From Clostridia bacterium (GTDB lineage: Bacteria; Bacillota; Clostridia; Oscillospirales; CAG-272): 64,000 nucleotides of DNA. Positions 37,408-47,299 of the stretch are shown one piece after another. The position numbers and the translations under genes are program-made. How positions within the stretch are numbered: position 1 is the stretch's first letter; each line of letters begins with the position of its first letter. Location of the stretch: contig JAFRQK010000038.1 of the NCBI GenBank assembly GCA_017428635.1, positions 43,677 through 107,676 on the forward strand. The letters run 5' to 3'. The notes beneath the pieces were generated by a model. The model searched no databases, was not told the origin of the DNA, and saw only the letters and a program-made list of their open reading frames with translations.

Positions 37408-38484
37408 TTACCTCCTTCTGTTTACTGCAAATAAGTTGAGGTCCCACATAGGAACGCAGAAAGGTCTTCTAAGATATAAACCGTAATCCTCGTTGACGGT
37501 TTTAATCGAGCGAGGAATATCAAAAAGGTCGTCCGTTCGGTGATACAACGATATTATAAGACCCGGTGTGAACCTGTTGAACGTATTCGCAGCGCCGAGC
37601 AGCGCTTCCCTTTCGTTACCTTCAACGTCTAGTTTGATCAGGTCGCATTTCTCCCCGTTAAGGATCGCGTCAATCGTTACAGCGGGGACAGAGATGCTTT
37701 TTGACCTTTTGGAATTTCCGGAAACGCCAGCGCCCCTTGAAGAAGACGACGAAAAAGATGTGAACCCGCAGAACGAAGATAACGCGGCATTTACCGTTCG
37801 AATCCTTGAATCATTTGAAGATTCCGTGAGTTTCCTGAATGAGTGAGGGTCCGGTTCTACAGCATACAGAACTTCAGATCCGGGAAAAACGTTCAAAAAA
37901 ACATTTGCCGTATCGCCCCTGTATGCCCCGCCGTCAACGATTACTCCGATCCTACTGTCTCCGAACAGGTCTTTAACGGATTTATCAAAAGGGTCGCATA
38001 AGGTGAGGTATCGCATTTTTCCGGTCAGTCTGAAGTTTACGGCATCGAAGAAAAGAGACCGCGACGTTTCGTCTTCAAACAGTTTTGCAGTAGCGAGAAT
38101 TTTATTCTGATTGTTTTGAAAATATTCGTAATCAAACACGTCCCCGCCGTAAAGAGGTACTTCGGGAATTATGAGATCGTGTTTTTTGTCAAGTTCCGAG
38201 ATGAATTCCAGAACTTCCGGTCGATTTGTACCGAAGGAAAGCAAAACGGAAATGTTATCCCCGATCTTATCGATAATATCGGAGTATGAACTGACTTTGA
38301 TTCCACGAAAAAACCTGTCGCGAACAAAACCGTCGGATGCGAAAATCCCGTCTGCTCTGATTCCCTTTTGCTCGAGGATGTCGATTATCTTATCTGCGCC
38401 GTTTCCGGTACCATATAAAACTACGGGACGCTCTTTTCCCAAACGATCCCAGTATGAGTATCCTTCAATGAGAGGTCCGGTCAT
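37408..38484 (-). CDS. FkbM-family SAM-dependent methyltransferase with an N-terminal Rossmann-like domain
   Basis: VIVDGGAYRGDTANVF (SAM motif I-like) and CDLIKLDVEGNEREALLGA (FkbM signature). 3-nt gap to the upstream gene. Confidence 0.75.
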   Translation of the reverse strand: MTGPLIEGYSYWDRLGKERPVVLYGTGNGADKIIDILEQKGIRADGIFASDGFVRDRFFRGIKVSSYSDIIDKIGDNISVLLSFGTNRPEVLEFISELDKKHDLIIPEVPLYGGDVFDYEYFQNNQNKILATAKLFEDETSRSLFFDAVNFRLTGKMRYLTLCDPFDKSVKDLFGDSRIGVIVDGGAYRGDTANVFLNVFPGSEVLYAVEPDPHSFRKLTESSNDSRIRTVNAALSSFCGFTSFSSSSSRGAGVSGNSKRSKSISVPAVTIDAILNGEKCDLIKLDVEGNEREALLGAANTFNRFTPGLIISLYHRTDDLFDIPRSIKTVNEDYGLYLRRPFCVPMWDLNLFAVNRRR

Positions 38485-38487
38485 AAG

Positions 38488-39300
38488 TCATTCAACGCCG
38501 AGGAAAACGCGTGCGTTTTCGTAAAAAACCTTTTCCCTCTCTCTCTCGGTCATTGAGAGACACATGAACCGTCTGATCTCATCCTCGATCTTTTCTCCGG
38601 GATAATCGGAGCCGAACATAAGACGGTCTTTACCTATTTTCGATATGATCTCATCGGCTTTTTCGGTACTCATGGACCAAAGAGAAGATGAGGTATCGAA
38701 CCAAACGCGTTCGTTTCCGGAAAGGTATTCTATTGCTTCATCCCAGGCCTTATAGCCGCCCAAATGAGCTGCAGAGACACGAAGCGACGGGAAATCAGAA
38801 AGTATTTTAGCTATTTTAACGGGTTCTGAGAAGCGGTATTCGGGTCTGTAGTCTCCGCTGTGAAAATAAACGGGTATTCCGCACGAAGAACAAGCTTCGT
38901 AAAGAGGATACAGCCTTTTATCTGTGACGTCTACACCCTGAATGTCCGGATGGAGTTTTACACCTTTTAATCCCAGAGAAACGGCTCTTTTTACTTCGCT
39001 TCCCATATCTTCAAAATCCTGATGCATTGAAGCAAACCCGTATGCTTCGAATCCTCTCGAACGTGAATTTGAAACACATTCGGCGGCATAATCGTTAACG
39101 CTTTTGACCTGATGATCGTTAGTGGCGACCGATAAGAGCAGAAAACCCGTCACGCCATTTTTTGAACACTGTTTTTCCAGATCTGAAAGCGTTCCTTGGC
39201 TGTTTACTATGAATCTGTAGAAATCAGAGAGCGCTCTCGTTGCTTTAACGCTGATTTTTTCAGGATATATATGCGTGTGGATATCGATTATTTTATACAT
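38488..39300 (-). CDS. amidohydrolase-2 family TIM-barrel metal hydrolase
   Basis: IIDIHTHIYPE (HxH), later His residues and C-terminal FGSDYP Asp. GGAGG RBS. Confidence 0.75.
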   Translation of the reverse strand: MYKIIDIHTHIYPEKISVKATRALSDFYRFIVNSQGTLSDLEKQCSKNGVTGFLLLSVATNDHQVKSVNDYAAECVSNSRSRGFEAYGFASMHQDFEDMGSEVKRAVSLGLKGVKLHPDIQGVDVTDKRLYPLYEACSSCGIPVYFHSGDYRPEYRFSEPVKIAKILSDFPSLRVSAAHLGGYKAWDEAIEYLSGNERVWFDTSSSLWSMSTEKADEIISKIGKDRLMFGSDYPGEKIEDEIRRFMCLSMTEREREKVFYENARVFLGVE

Positions 39301-39385
39301 CCGTTTGATTCCTCCGAATGGATGGGTTGAATGTTATTAAGATATATGATATACTTAAAAAATGAAGAAAGGAAGTGATAATTAA

Positions 39386-39724
39386 ATGGATTGTGTTTTT
39401 TGCGGAATAATCAACGGGGAGATCCCGTCAAATAAAGTTTATGAGGACGATCTGGTGCTTGCGTTCAGAGACATAAACCCGGAAGCGCCCGTACACATTC
39501 TCGTAGTGCCTAAAACTCACGTTTCATCATGCGATTCGATCGACGCTGATAATTCTTTTCTTATCTCAAAAATATTTGAAATGATCCCTCAAATTGCGAA
39601 AAAAGAGGGCTTATCAAACGGTTACAGAGTAATAACCAACGTGGGTGAAGACGGAGGGCAGTCCGTAAAGCATCTTCACTTTCACATACTCGGAGGGAAA
39701 AAACTGCCCGTTCATCTTTGCTGA
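39386..39724 (+). CDS. HIT-family nucleotide hydrolase (HinT-like)
   Basis: CVFCGII...HLHFHILGG histidine triad, 112 aa. Confidence 0.92.
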   Translation: MDCVFCGIINGEIPSNKVYEDDLVLAFRDINPEAPVHILVVPKTHVSSCDSIDADNSFLISKIFEMIPQIAKKEGLSNGYRVITNVGEDGGQSVKHLHFHILGGKKLPVHLC

Positions 39725-39735
39725 ACAACGGTTTT

Positions 39736-39769
39736 CGGGGCGGCGTTCTGCCGCCCCGTTTTTATTTTT
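39736..39769. terminator. bidirectional intrinsic terminator
   Basis: CGGGGCGGC-GTTCT-GCCGCCCCG followed by TTTTTATTTTT. Confidence 0.88.
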
Positions 39770-41129
39770 CAAATTCTCTGTAGATCGCGTTCATCGCCGA
39801 GACAAAGTCCGATTCGTCAACGCCGATAATGATATTTAGCTCAGAGGAACCCTGATCGATCATTTTTATGTTAACGTCAGCATCGGCAGTTGCCTTGAAA
39901 ACGCGCAGTGCAGTTCCTTTCGCCTTTACCATTCCTCGGCCGACGACGGCTATAAGAGCGAGACCGTCTTCGATCGAGATCGTGTCAGGTTCGACTGTTG
40001 AACAGATACGGTCAAGAATACGGTCGCGTTTTTCTGATATTTCATCCGTGCTGAGAACAACGCTCATAGTGTCTATTCCCGAGGGAAGATGTTCAAAATT
40101 GACGTCTTCCTTTTCGATCGCTTCGAGAACACGTCTGCCGAAACCCGTTTCGGTGTTCATCATTGCTTTTTCAATGGAAATAACGGAAAAGCCCTTCTTC
40201 CCTGCGATGCCGGTAATAACGTTTGAGGTTTCAGGCGCGTTGACGTCTGAAACTATGAGAGTACCTTCTGCCTCGGGACGGTTGGTGTTCTTTATTACGA
40301 TCGGTATACCTGCAGTTCTGACAGGAAAGATCGATTCTTCGTGCAAAACTCCGGCGCCCATATATGAAAGCTCTCTGAGTTCTTTGTACGTTATCGTCGA
40401 TATTGTTTTGGGATTATCGATGATCCTCGGATCAGCCATAAGGAATCCGTCAACGTCGGTCCAGTTCTGGTATACGGACGCCAGAACGGCGCGTGCTACG
40501 ATCGAACCGGTAATATCCGATCCGCCGCGGGAAAAAGTCTTTATGGTCCCGTTCGGCATCGAACCGTAAAAACCGGGAATGACAGCGTGTTCGTGCTTTT
40601 TTAATTCGTTATAAAGAAGAGAGTCCGTGATCTCAGATTCAAATAATCCGTCGTCTGCAAATTTGATATACGGCGCAGGATCTATAAAATCGAAACCGAG
40701 AAAAGAAGCGAGAATTTTACCGTTGAGGTATTCACCGCGTGAAGCGGCGTAGTCGCGACCCGCGTGATGCATAATAGCCCATTTGATATGAGTGTATTCT
40801 TCGGTGAGGTCGAGATCGATGCCGAGGTCCTGTATGATCGAGTCATAACGCGACGTAACAGAGAAAAAAATATCGTCGATACTCTTACCTGCCGAAGATG
40901 CGGAATAGCATTCATAAAGCAGGTCGGTGACTTTGTCGTCTTTTTCAAAACGTTTACCGGGCGCGGACGGAACGACGTATTTGATCTTGGGATCTGATTT
41001 GACGATTTCTTTGACTTTTCTGAAGTGTTCGCCGTTTGAAAGCGAACTTCCGCCGAATTTAGCCACAATGATCCCGTCCATGCGGAAGGGTGATTTGATT
41101 CTTTCAGCCATTGATATATCTTCTTTCAT
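39762..41129 (-). CDS. aspartate kinase (LysC-like, ~450-aa class)
   Basis: VAKFGGSSL N-terminal kinase motif and C-terminal ACT repeats. The start is ambiguous (ATG 41129, 41111 or 41081) and none has a strong RBS. Confidence 0.85.
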   Translation of the reverse strand: MKEDISMAERIKSPFRMDGIIVAKFGGSSLSNGEHFRKVKEIVKSDPKIKYVVPSAPGKRFEKDDKVTDLLYECYSASSAGKSIDDIFFSVTSRYDSIIQDLGIDLDLTEEYTHIKWAIMHHAGRDYAASRGEYLNGKILASFLGFDFIDPAPYIKFADDGLFESEITDSLLYNELKKHEHAVIPGFYGSMPNGTIKTFSRGGSDITGSIVARAVLASVYQNWTDVDGFLMADPRIIDNPKTISTITYKELRELSYMGAGVLHEESIFPVRTAGIPIVIKNTNRPEAEGTLIVSDVNAPETSNVITGIAGKKGFSVISIEKAMMNTETGFGRRVLEAIEKEDVNFEHLPSGIDTMSVVLSTDEISEKRDRILDRICSTVEPDTISIEDGLALIAVVGRGMVKAKGTALRVFKATADADVNIKMIDQGSSELNIIIGVDESDFVSAMNAIYREFEK

Positions 41130-41160
41130 TTATTTCTCGGTTTCATTTTATTCAGTTAAA

Positions 41161-41189
41161 ATTATATTGTAACTGAAAAAATAAGTCAA
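41161..41189 (-). promoter_or_regulatory. sigma-A type promoter for aspartate kinase
   Basis: Minus strand: TTGACT, 17 nt, TATAAT. Leaves only a ~25-nt leader. Confidence 0.65.
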
Positions 41190-41241
41190 TATTGTTTTTT
41201 CACAAATCGAGTGCGGTTACGTCAACTCTTTATAACGGCTG

Positions 41242-41270
41242 TTGACAAAACAGAAACGCTAAGTTATACT
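41242..41270 (+). promoter_or_regulatory. sigma-A type promoter for the DUF1015-like gene
   Basis: TTGACA (41242-41247), 17 nt, TATACT (41265-41270). Confidence 0.65.
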
Positions 41271-41301
41271 TTAATTTAACTATTCAAAGGGGTATAGATG
41301 A

Positions 41302-42519
41302 ATGAAAAACGGAACAATATTCAGAAGCGCTGATATAATGATCCCTAAATATAAGGATCTGTCCAGGTGGTCGGTTATTGCCTGCGATCAGTTTACCTCC
41401 GATAAGGAATACTGGAGAAACGTTGAAGAACTGACCGAAGGTCATCCGTCAACGCTTGATTTTATACTCCCCGAAGCATATCTCGGTACGGAAGAAGAAC
41501 AAATCAGAACAAACCGCATCAGGGAAAAAATGAAGAACGTTTCTTCTTCCGATTACGATTCGTTCAACGGGTTCGTCTACGTCCAAAGAACTCTTCCCGA
41601 CGGTTCTCTCCGAGAGGGTGTCGTCGGCGCGCTTGATCTTGAAGAATATGATTATTCTTCCGATTCAAAATCAAAGATAAGAGCGACCGAAGAAACGGTA
41701 AGTTCAAGGATCCCGCCGAGAGTTGCGATCAGGAAAACTGCGGAATATGAGCTGCCGCATATAATGGTTTTTGTTTCGTCAGGCTGCGATGTGATCGATT
41801 CGGCAAAGAAAATAACGTCCGGCAATGACCCGATTTATGATTTTGACCTGATGATGGGAGGCGGACACGTTAAAGGATATAAGCTCTCCGGCAATGATGC
41901 AGATAATCTTTCGAAGAGTATATCGGGCTATGAAAAGTCCTCACAAGGGGTCCTGTACGCTATCGGTGACGGAAATCACTCTTTAGCTGCCGCAAAAGCG
42001 AGTTATGTCGAACTGAAAAAACAGATTGGTGAAAAAGCTCTTGATCACCCTGCGAGATTCGCGCTTTGTGAGATAGTCAGCATCGGATGTGAATCGATCG
42101 TATTTGAACCGATTTACAGAATTGTAAAAAACTGCGATACGTTTGATCTTTTGAAAGCGCTTGACGAGGAAACGTCCGGAACCGGCAAACAGCAGATAAC
42201 CGTAATAACCAAAGACGTGAGATCCGAGATGAATTTTACTTCCCCGTCGTCTCCTTTGACCGTCGGATCAGTCCAGAACTTTATTGATTCTTATTTAAAA
42301 AACGTCCCGGATGCAGTTTGTGATTATATCCACGGTAAAAAGGATCTTATAAGACTTTCCTCGCAGGAAGGCGTCGTCGGTTTTCTTTTTGACGGTATAA
42401 GAAAAGAGGAACTGTTCGACTACGTCTCCTCTTACGGCCCTTATCCCAGAAAAACCTTTTCAATGGGCGACGCGAAAAGTAAGAGATATTACCTTGAGAT
42501 GAGAAAGATAGTCAAATAA
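41302..42519 (+). CDS. conserved protein of unknown function (DUF1015-like, ~405 aa)
   Basis: Size and the motifs WSVIACDQFTS and IGDGNHSLAAAKA resemble the DUF1015 family as I recall it. No experimentally defined function. Confidence 0.5.
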   Translation: MKNGTIFRSADIMIPKYKDLSRWSVIACDQFTSDKEYWRNVEELTEGHPSTLDFILPEAYLGTEEEQIRTNRIREKMKNVSSSDYDSFNGFVYVQRTLPDGSLREGVVGALDLEEYDYSSDSKSKIRATEETVSSRIPPRVAIRKTAEYELPHIMVFVSSGCDVIDSAKKITSGNDPIYDFDLMMGGGHVKGYKLSGNDADNLSKSISGYEKSSQGVLYAIGDGNHSLAAAKASYVELKKQIGEKALDHPARFALCEIVSIGCESIVFEPIYRIVKNCDTFDLLKALDEETSGTGKQQITVITKDVRSEMNFTSPSSPLTVGSVQNFIDSYLKNVPDAVCDYIHGKKDLIRLSSQEGVVGFLFDGIRKEELFDYVSSYGPYPRKTFSMGDAKSKRYYLEMRKIVK

Positions 42520-42558
42520 AAAAAGCGCCGGTCTTAAGACCGGCGCCTCTTACTTTTT
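42518..42558. terminator. bidirectional intrinsic terminator
   Basis: A7-GCGCCGGTC-TTAA-GACCGGCGC followed by CTCTTACTTTTT. Confidence 0.85.
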
Positions 42559-42560
42559 GA

Positions 42561-44309
42561 TTATTTGCTCTTGAGATAGGCTTGAAGCATAGAAACGAAA
42601 GGATCTTCCATTTCGGATTCTTTTTCTTTCAGCATATTTTTAATGATTGTATTATCGACCAATTCTCTTTTCCAGGTATTTGCTACCTTTTGGTAGTTTT
42701 CATACGTGGATTCATCCAACTGAGCTTTAACCTTAGCGGACAATGCTGCAAGTTTTCCGTATTCTTCAAGGTTGTTGTCAGTCAAATATTCAAAGCCGAC
42801 ATACGGGCTTGTTGCAGAATCGAGGTTTTGCTGCTTTGCGTCGTCCCAGTAACTCATCGGCACACCGTAATCCGGATAAGTCATAAAGATGTTTCCTGTA
42901 TCGACGATATTCATCTTATAATCGTCAGAGCGTTTGATAATAACGTCGGGATTGTTAGGATCGATATCCCAGTGAACGCCCTGAACACCGTATTGCAGGA
43001 TCGTACGGAACGTTTCGTTCGTATTGAGATACGTGATGATCTCCATCGATCTGGATACGCTCTTCGTGTAAGGGCTGACGGCAAACATAGAAGCAAAAAT
43101 ATCGTCTTCGTCCGCATAAGGAACGGCGTGGATCTTAATATAATAATCGTCTTGGTATTTTTCCTTCAGAGTAAAGTCGCCCTTGACGACGCCGACGGCA
43201 AATTTCTCGCCTTCTTTGACAGTTCCGTCTCCGACGTACCCGAGCGCTTCGAGCTGTTTCATTGTACGGTTCACTTCGGTTACGATCGGAAGATCAAGCG
43301 TGGTTACAAGTTCGCTGGTGTCAATATTATACTTGTATGAATAATCGGGTTGTATTCTGTCTCCGAGGAGAGACCAGTTTCCGTCGGAAGAGAAATATAC
43401 CATATTTCCGACTTCGACATCGCCGAGAAGCGGGGTCACGCCGTCGAGATGCATATCTCCGATATCGACGATAAAATTCAAACAGTTTGCAAAAGAACCT
43501 ATTTTAAATTTACCCGAACCGGATTCTGTAAATTCAAGTGAATCGAATTCGGATTCATCGTAATCGTATTTGTCGGCCAGCTCTTTATTTATGAGAAGAT
43601 ACTGATACTCACCGATCACGTGGTTGTTTGGGATCGCATATATACCGCCCTGATTAACGCACTCCAGAAAACTTGGATAAATGTACGTACGGAGAAGCCT
43701 GCTGTTCCCTGTCAACTCGCTGTCAAGCATTTCAGCCAGTTCCGATTCGGCATAACGTTTATAGTTATCGTATCCTCGAATAAGGAAAATATCAAGCTGA
43801 TCTTCCCTGACTTCCGGATATACGGAAACCGCTTCACCCTCTTCGTCGATCATTGTTTCGACGGTTTCTTCGTCTGTCTCAGCTTCCGTTTCGGGTTCAA
43901 CGTACTCATCCATCCTGATTCCCTGTTCGGCGAGTTCGATCTCTTTTTGTTTCAGGGATTCGGATTCACGTTTGATCCGCTGTTCAACGTCGGCAATACT
44001 GTCGATCTTCGCATCGATGGCTTCCTGATATTCCCCGTCGGGAATTGCATGAATTTCAAGATGCGTTGAAAACTTAAGCTCAGTGATCTCGTTCAGCGCT
44101 TTCTCGACCTTTTTGACGGCGGCCTGGGTCGTTGAAGGGTCTGTAGGAAGCCAAAGACTGAGCGTCATTACTTTTCTCTCGCCGCTTTGTTCCGTGGGAT
44201 TGTCTTCTCCGGTTCCGGTCTCTGTATTATTTGAACCGTTACAACCGGTAAACAAAACGGATAATAACATAAATAATCCGAGGATCAGGGCAATCAGTTT
44301 CTTATTCAT
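42561..44309 (-). CDS. large extracellular solute-binding lipoprotein (ABC SBP family 1-like), orphan
   Basis: MNKKLIALILGLFMLLSVLFTGC lipobox. ~580-aa SBP-like body with an acidic coiled-coil insert. ATG 44309 lies 6 nt after GGAGGG. No permease or ATPase genes adjacent. Confidence 0.7.
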   Translation of the reverse strand: MNKKLIALILGLFMLLSVLFTGCNGSNNTETGTGEDNPTEQSGERKVMTLSLWLPTDPSTTQAAVKKVEKALNEITELKFSTHLEIHAIPDGEYQEAIDAKIDSIADVEQRIKRESESLKQKEIELAEQGIRMDEYVEPETEAETDEETVETMIDEEGEAVSVYPEVREDQLDIFLIRGYDNYKRYAESELAEMLDSELTGNSRLLRTYIYPSFLECVNQGGIYAIPNNHVIGEYQYLLINKELADKYDYDESEFDSLEFTESGSGKFKIGSFANCLNFIVDIGDMHLDGVTPLLGDVEVGNMVYFSSDGNWSLLGDRIQPDYSYKYNIDTSELVTTLDLPIVTEVNRTMKQLEALGYVGDGTVKEGEKFAVGVVKGDFTLKEKYQDDYYIKIHAVPYADEDDIFASMFAVSPYTKSVSRSMEIITYLNTNETFRTILQYGVQGVHWDIDPNNPDVIIKRSDDYKMNIVDTGNIFMTYPDYGVPMSYWDDAKQQNLDSATSPYVGFEYLTDNNLEEYGKLAALSAKVKAQLDESTYENYQKVANTWKRELVDNTIIKNMLKEKESEMEDPFVSMLQAYLKSK

Positions 44310-44363
44310 CGGGATCCCTCCATTATTTGAGGCGCGACGTTTCTTCATTTTGCGCCAAAGATT

Positions 44364-44392
44364 ATTATAGTCAAAACGGGTAAATTTGTCAA
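44364..44392 (-). promoter_or_regulatory. consensus sigma-A promoter for the SBP gene
   Basis: Minus strand: TTGACA (44392-44387), 17 nt, TATAAT (44369-44364). Confidence 0.75.
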
Positions 44393-44426
44393 GTATAAAT
44401 ACCCTTTCCAGTACTTTAGGACTCTT

Positions 44427-45509
44427 TCAGTTGAGGTAATCTTTAAGTCTTTTGCTTCTGCTGGGATGACGCAGTTTACGCAAAGCCTTTGCCTCTATCT
44501 GTCTGATCCTTTCTCTCGTGATATTGAATTCGTGACCGACTTCCTCGAGCGTTCTTGCGCGTCCGTCGTCAAGACCGAATCTGAGTTTGAGGACCAGTTC
44601 TTCTCTGGGGGTCAGCGTTCTTAATACTTCGTTGAGTTGTTCTTTAAGCATCTGATAAGAGGCGGCGTCTGCGGGAGCAGGAGAATCGTTGTCGGGAATA
44701 AAATCGCCGAGATGGCTGTCGTCTTCTTCGCCGATCGGAGTCTCAAGAGATACGGGGTCCCGAGCGATCTTCATGATCTCACGAACTTTCTCTGTGTTCA
44801 TTCCGAGCCGTTCGCCGATCTCTGCGGGCGTAGGATCATGCCCGAGTTCCTGAAGCAGCTGCCGTGAAGTTCTGGACACTTTATGGATCGTTTCGACCAT
44901 ATGTACGGGAATTCTGATCGTCCTTGCCTGGTCTGCTATTGCACGTGTGATCGCCTGCCTGATCCACCAGGTAGCATAAGTCGAGAATTTATATCCCTTA
45001 GTATAGTCGAATTTTTCGACTGCTTTCATAAGGCCGAGATTGCCTTCCTGGATCAGGTCTAGAAAGAACATCCCTTTTCCGACGTATCTTTTCGCAATAC
45101 TTACAACTAGCCTAAGGTTTGCTTCAACGAGCTCGTTTTTGGCTTGCTGGTCGCCCGCCATCATTCTTTCTGCGAGTTGGGTCTCTTTTTCTGCGGACAA
45201 AAGCGGAACCTTACCGATATCTTTGAGATACATTCTTACGGGATCGTCTACGGCAAGCCCTTCCTGATTAAGGATACTCTCAACCGATTCGGTATCTTCA
45301 AATTCATCCTCATCGCTCTCGATGTCGTTGAAATCGTCCGGATCCAGATAGTCGGAATCATCGAACGGTTCGTTCTCTGCAGAAGCAAAATCTTTGTCTG
45401 CGTCGGAAGAATTTCTTCTTGAAGACGAAAGTTCAATATCTTCGAATTTTACTTCGCTTTCATCTTCTTCGATTTCGGAAACAAGGTCTTTTTTTTCGTC
45501 TTTGATCAT
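44427..45509 (-). CDS. rpoD: primary RNA polymerase sigma factor (SigA/RpoD)
   Basis: Regions 2-4 conserved ([27 protein letters not shown]; [20 protein letters not shown]). ATG 45509 lies 6 nt after GGAG. ATG 45521, 4 codons upstream and overlapping dnaG, is an alternative. Confidence 0.95.
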   Translation of the reverse strand: MIKDEKKDLVSEIEEDESEVKFEDIELSSSRRNSSDADKDFASAENEPFDDSDYLDPDDFNDIESDEDEFEDTESVESILNQEGLAVDDPVRMYLKDIGKVPLLSAEKETQLAERMMAGDQQAKNELVEANLRLVVSIAKRYVGKGMFFLDLIQEGNLGLMKAVEKFDYTKGYKFSTYATWWIRQAITRAIADQARTIRIPVHMVETIHKVSRTSRQLLQELGHDPTPAEIGERLGMNTEKVREIMKIARDPVSLETPIGEEDDSHLGDFIPDNDSPAPADAASYQMLKEQLNEVLRTLTPREELVLKLRFGLDDGRARTLEEVGHEFNITRERIRQIEAKALRKLRHPSRSKRLKDYLN

Positions 45510-45510
45510 A

Positions 45511-47277
45511 TCATTCTCCATCTATGTACTTTATTTTGTTTCTCTTTTTTTTAGCGATAAGATCTTCGAGTGACTCTTCGCTTTTCTGTATATCGTTTTG
45601 CCGTCTCAACGCTTTTACGTATTCGTCAAACGTTGATTCATTGTTTGTTACCTCGCGCCGGCGTATCTGCATTTTTACGGCTCGAGAGACTTCTTCGGGC
45701 GAAAAAACCGATGAAAGAAGACTGATACTGAAACCCGATTCGCCGGAATTGTCCTTAATAAACGTGAAGAGCCTGTTCCCAAGCGTTGTTTTGAAGTCTT
45801 CTGCAGAAAGCTCTTTGCCGTCAGTTTTACGCGTGAGAAGTTCCGGATAAGTAAGGATCATACCGAGTATGTCTTCTTCAAGCCTTGCTTCGTAAGGGTC
45901 TTTGGCGAAGTCGGGATTAACTCTGTCTGAAAGACCGGATGTTGAACGTATCAGTTCGCCCGATGATTTCTTTTTTTCGTTTTTACGGAATCGTCGGATA
46001 ATATTATCAACGTCGGTCTCAACGCTTTTTCTGTCAACGTTAAGAAATTCAGCCGTTTTTGCAACGTACACGTCTCTTTCAACTTTTGAATAGATCGATG
46101 CGATATATCCGCAGACGTCGGATGAAGCTTTGATTTTTTCGTCTGTGTTTGAAAGATCGTATTTTTTCTTTATACTGTCGAGGAAAAAGTCGAATTTAGG
46201 TTTGCTGTTTTCAAGAAGACGTTTGAATCTTTCAACACCGTATTTTTTTATATACTCATCCGGATCCTTGACGCCTCCGTCAATGGCAAGTATTTTAGCG
46301 TCGATCCCGACCTCCGACAATGATCTCAATGCTCTTTCGGTCGCCTTTTGACCGGGCTCGTCGCTGTCGTAAGACAGAACGACGTGGTCGGTATATTTTT
46401 TGATTATTCTGGCGTGATCTGACGTAAGCGCGGTCCCGAGAGTAGCAACCGCGCATTTGATTCCCGCGGAATGGATCGCTATTGCATCCATATAACCTTC
46501 GCAAACGACCATCAAATCGGCGGAATAATTCTTTGCAAAGTTAAGCGCAAAAAGGTTTTTGGTTTTCTTAAAAGCAGGAGAATCAGTACTGTTAAGGTAT
46601 TTCGGCTTTACGTCGTCGGTCATTGCGCGTCCCCCGAAACCGACGACGTTGCCGGAAACGTCGATAATGGGAAATATTACCCTGTCCCGGAAATAGTCGT
46701 AATAACCGCGCTCGTTTTTGGCGCACAGAGAGGCGTCAGCCATCTCTTCGTATGAGTATCCCAACCCTTTTAAATGATCTCTTAACGAACGGTATCCGGC
46801 GGGAGCATAACCTATCCCGAAGGTTTTAACAACGGCAGACGTCAGCTCTCTCTTATTAATTAAATATTTTCTCGCGTTGGCGCCGATCTTGTCGTCAAAC
46901 AGCATATTTCGATAGAACTTCGCGGCTTCAACGTTCATCTGAAGGACACGCGCCCTGCTCGTCCCGGCTTTTTCTGTTTTACTGTCGAAATCGGGAAGAG
47001 TTATTCCGGCTCTTTTTGCCAAGAAATCAATTGCGGAAACGTAATCGAGGTTTTCCTGCCTCATTATAAAACTTATTACATCGCCTCCGGCGCCGCAACC
47101 GAAACAATAAAAACTCTGAGTATCGCCGTAGACGACGAAAGAAGGCGTTTTTTCACTGTGGAAAGGACACAGACCTTTCAGGTTCTTCCCCGCTCTTTTA
47201 AGCGTTACGTAGGATGAAATGACGTCTTCGACGTCGTTTCTCGTCCTGATATCTTCTATTACGTTTGCGGGAATCAA
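45511..47277 (-). CDS. dnaG: DNA primase
   Basis: Zn ribbon [13 protein letters not shown]...CFGCGAGG and Toprim EGYMD. Start set to TTG 47277 ([11 protein letters not shown]... aligns with primase N-termini) after GGTGGTGA. The ORF-track ATG at 47364 would overlap dgt by 65 nt. Confidence 0.9.
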   Translation of the reverse strand: MIPANVIEDIRTRNDVEDVISSYVTLKRAGKNLKGLCPFHSEKTPSFVVYGDTQSFYCFGCGAGGDVISFIMRQENLDYVSAIDFLAKRAGITLPDFDSKTEKAGTSRARVLQMNVEAAKFYRNMLFDDKIGANARKYLINKRELTSAVVKTFGIGYAPAGYRSLRDHLKGLGYSYEEMADASLCAKNERGYYDYFRDRVIFPIIDVSGNVVGFGGRAMTDDVKPKYLNSTDSPAFKKTKNLFALNFAKNYSADLMVVCEGYMDAIAIHSAGIKCAVATLGTALTSDHARIIKKYTDHVVLSYDSDEPGQKATERALRSLSEVGIDAKILAIDGGVKDPDEYIKKYGVERFKRLLENSKPKFDFFLDSIKKKYDLSNTDEKIKASSDVCGYIASIYSKVERDVYVAKTAEFLNVDRKSVETDVDNIIRRFRKNEKKKSSGELIRSTSGLSDRVNPDFAKDPYEARLEEDILGMILTYPELLTRKTDGKELSAEDFKTTLGNRLFTFIKDNSGESGFSISLLSSVFSPEEVSRAVKMQIRRREVTNNESTFDEYVKALRRQNDIQKSEESLEDLIAKKKRNKIKYIDGE

Positions 47278-47299
47278 TTCTTCACCACCCTGTAAGCGA

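Noticed and set aside
41130-41301. Expected a lysine riboswitch or T-box ahead of aspartate kinase, and an M-box ahead of the mgtC genes (24162-24349)
   Set aside because: The promoters I can place leave leaders of only ~25-45 nt, far too short for these RNAs. No conserved riboswitch cores were seen.
42582-43340. 252-aa ORF antisense to the SBP gene. Similar cases: 34924-35586 (antisense to the lipoprotein gene), 39868-40569 (antisense to ask), 18..593 (antisense to folD), 63743-64000 (antisense to polC)
   Set aside because: All lie wholly inside better-supported genes on the opposite strand, lack RBSs and give compositionally odd translations.
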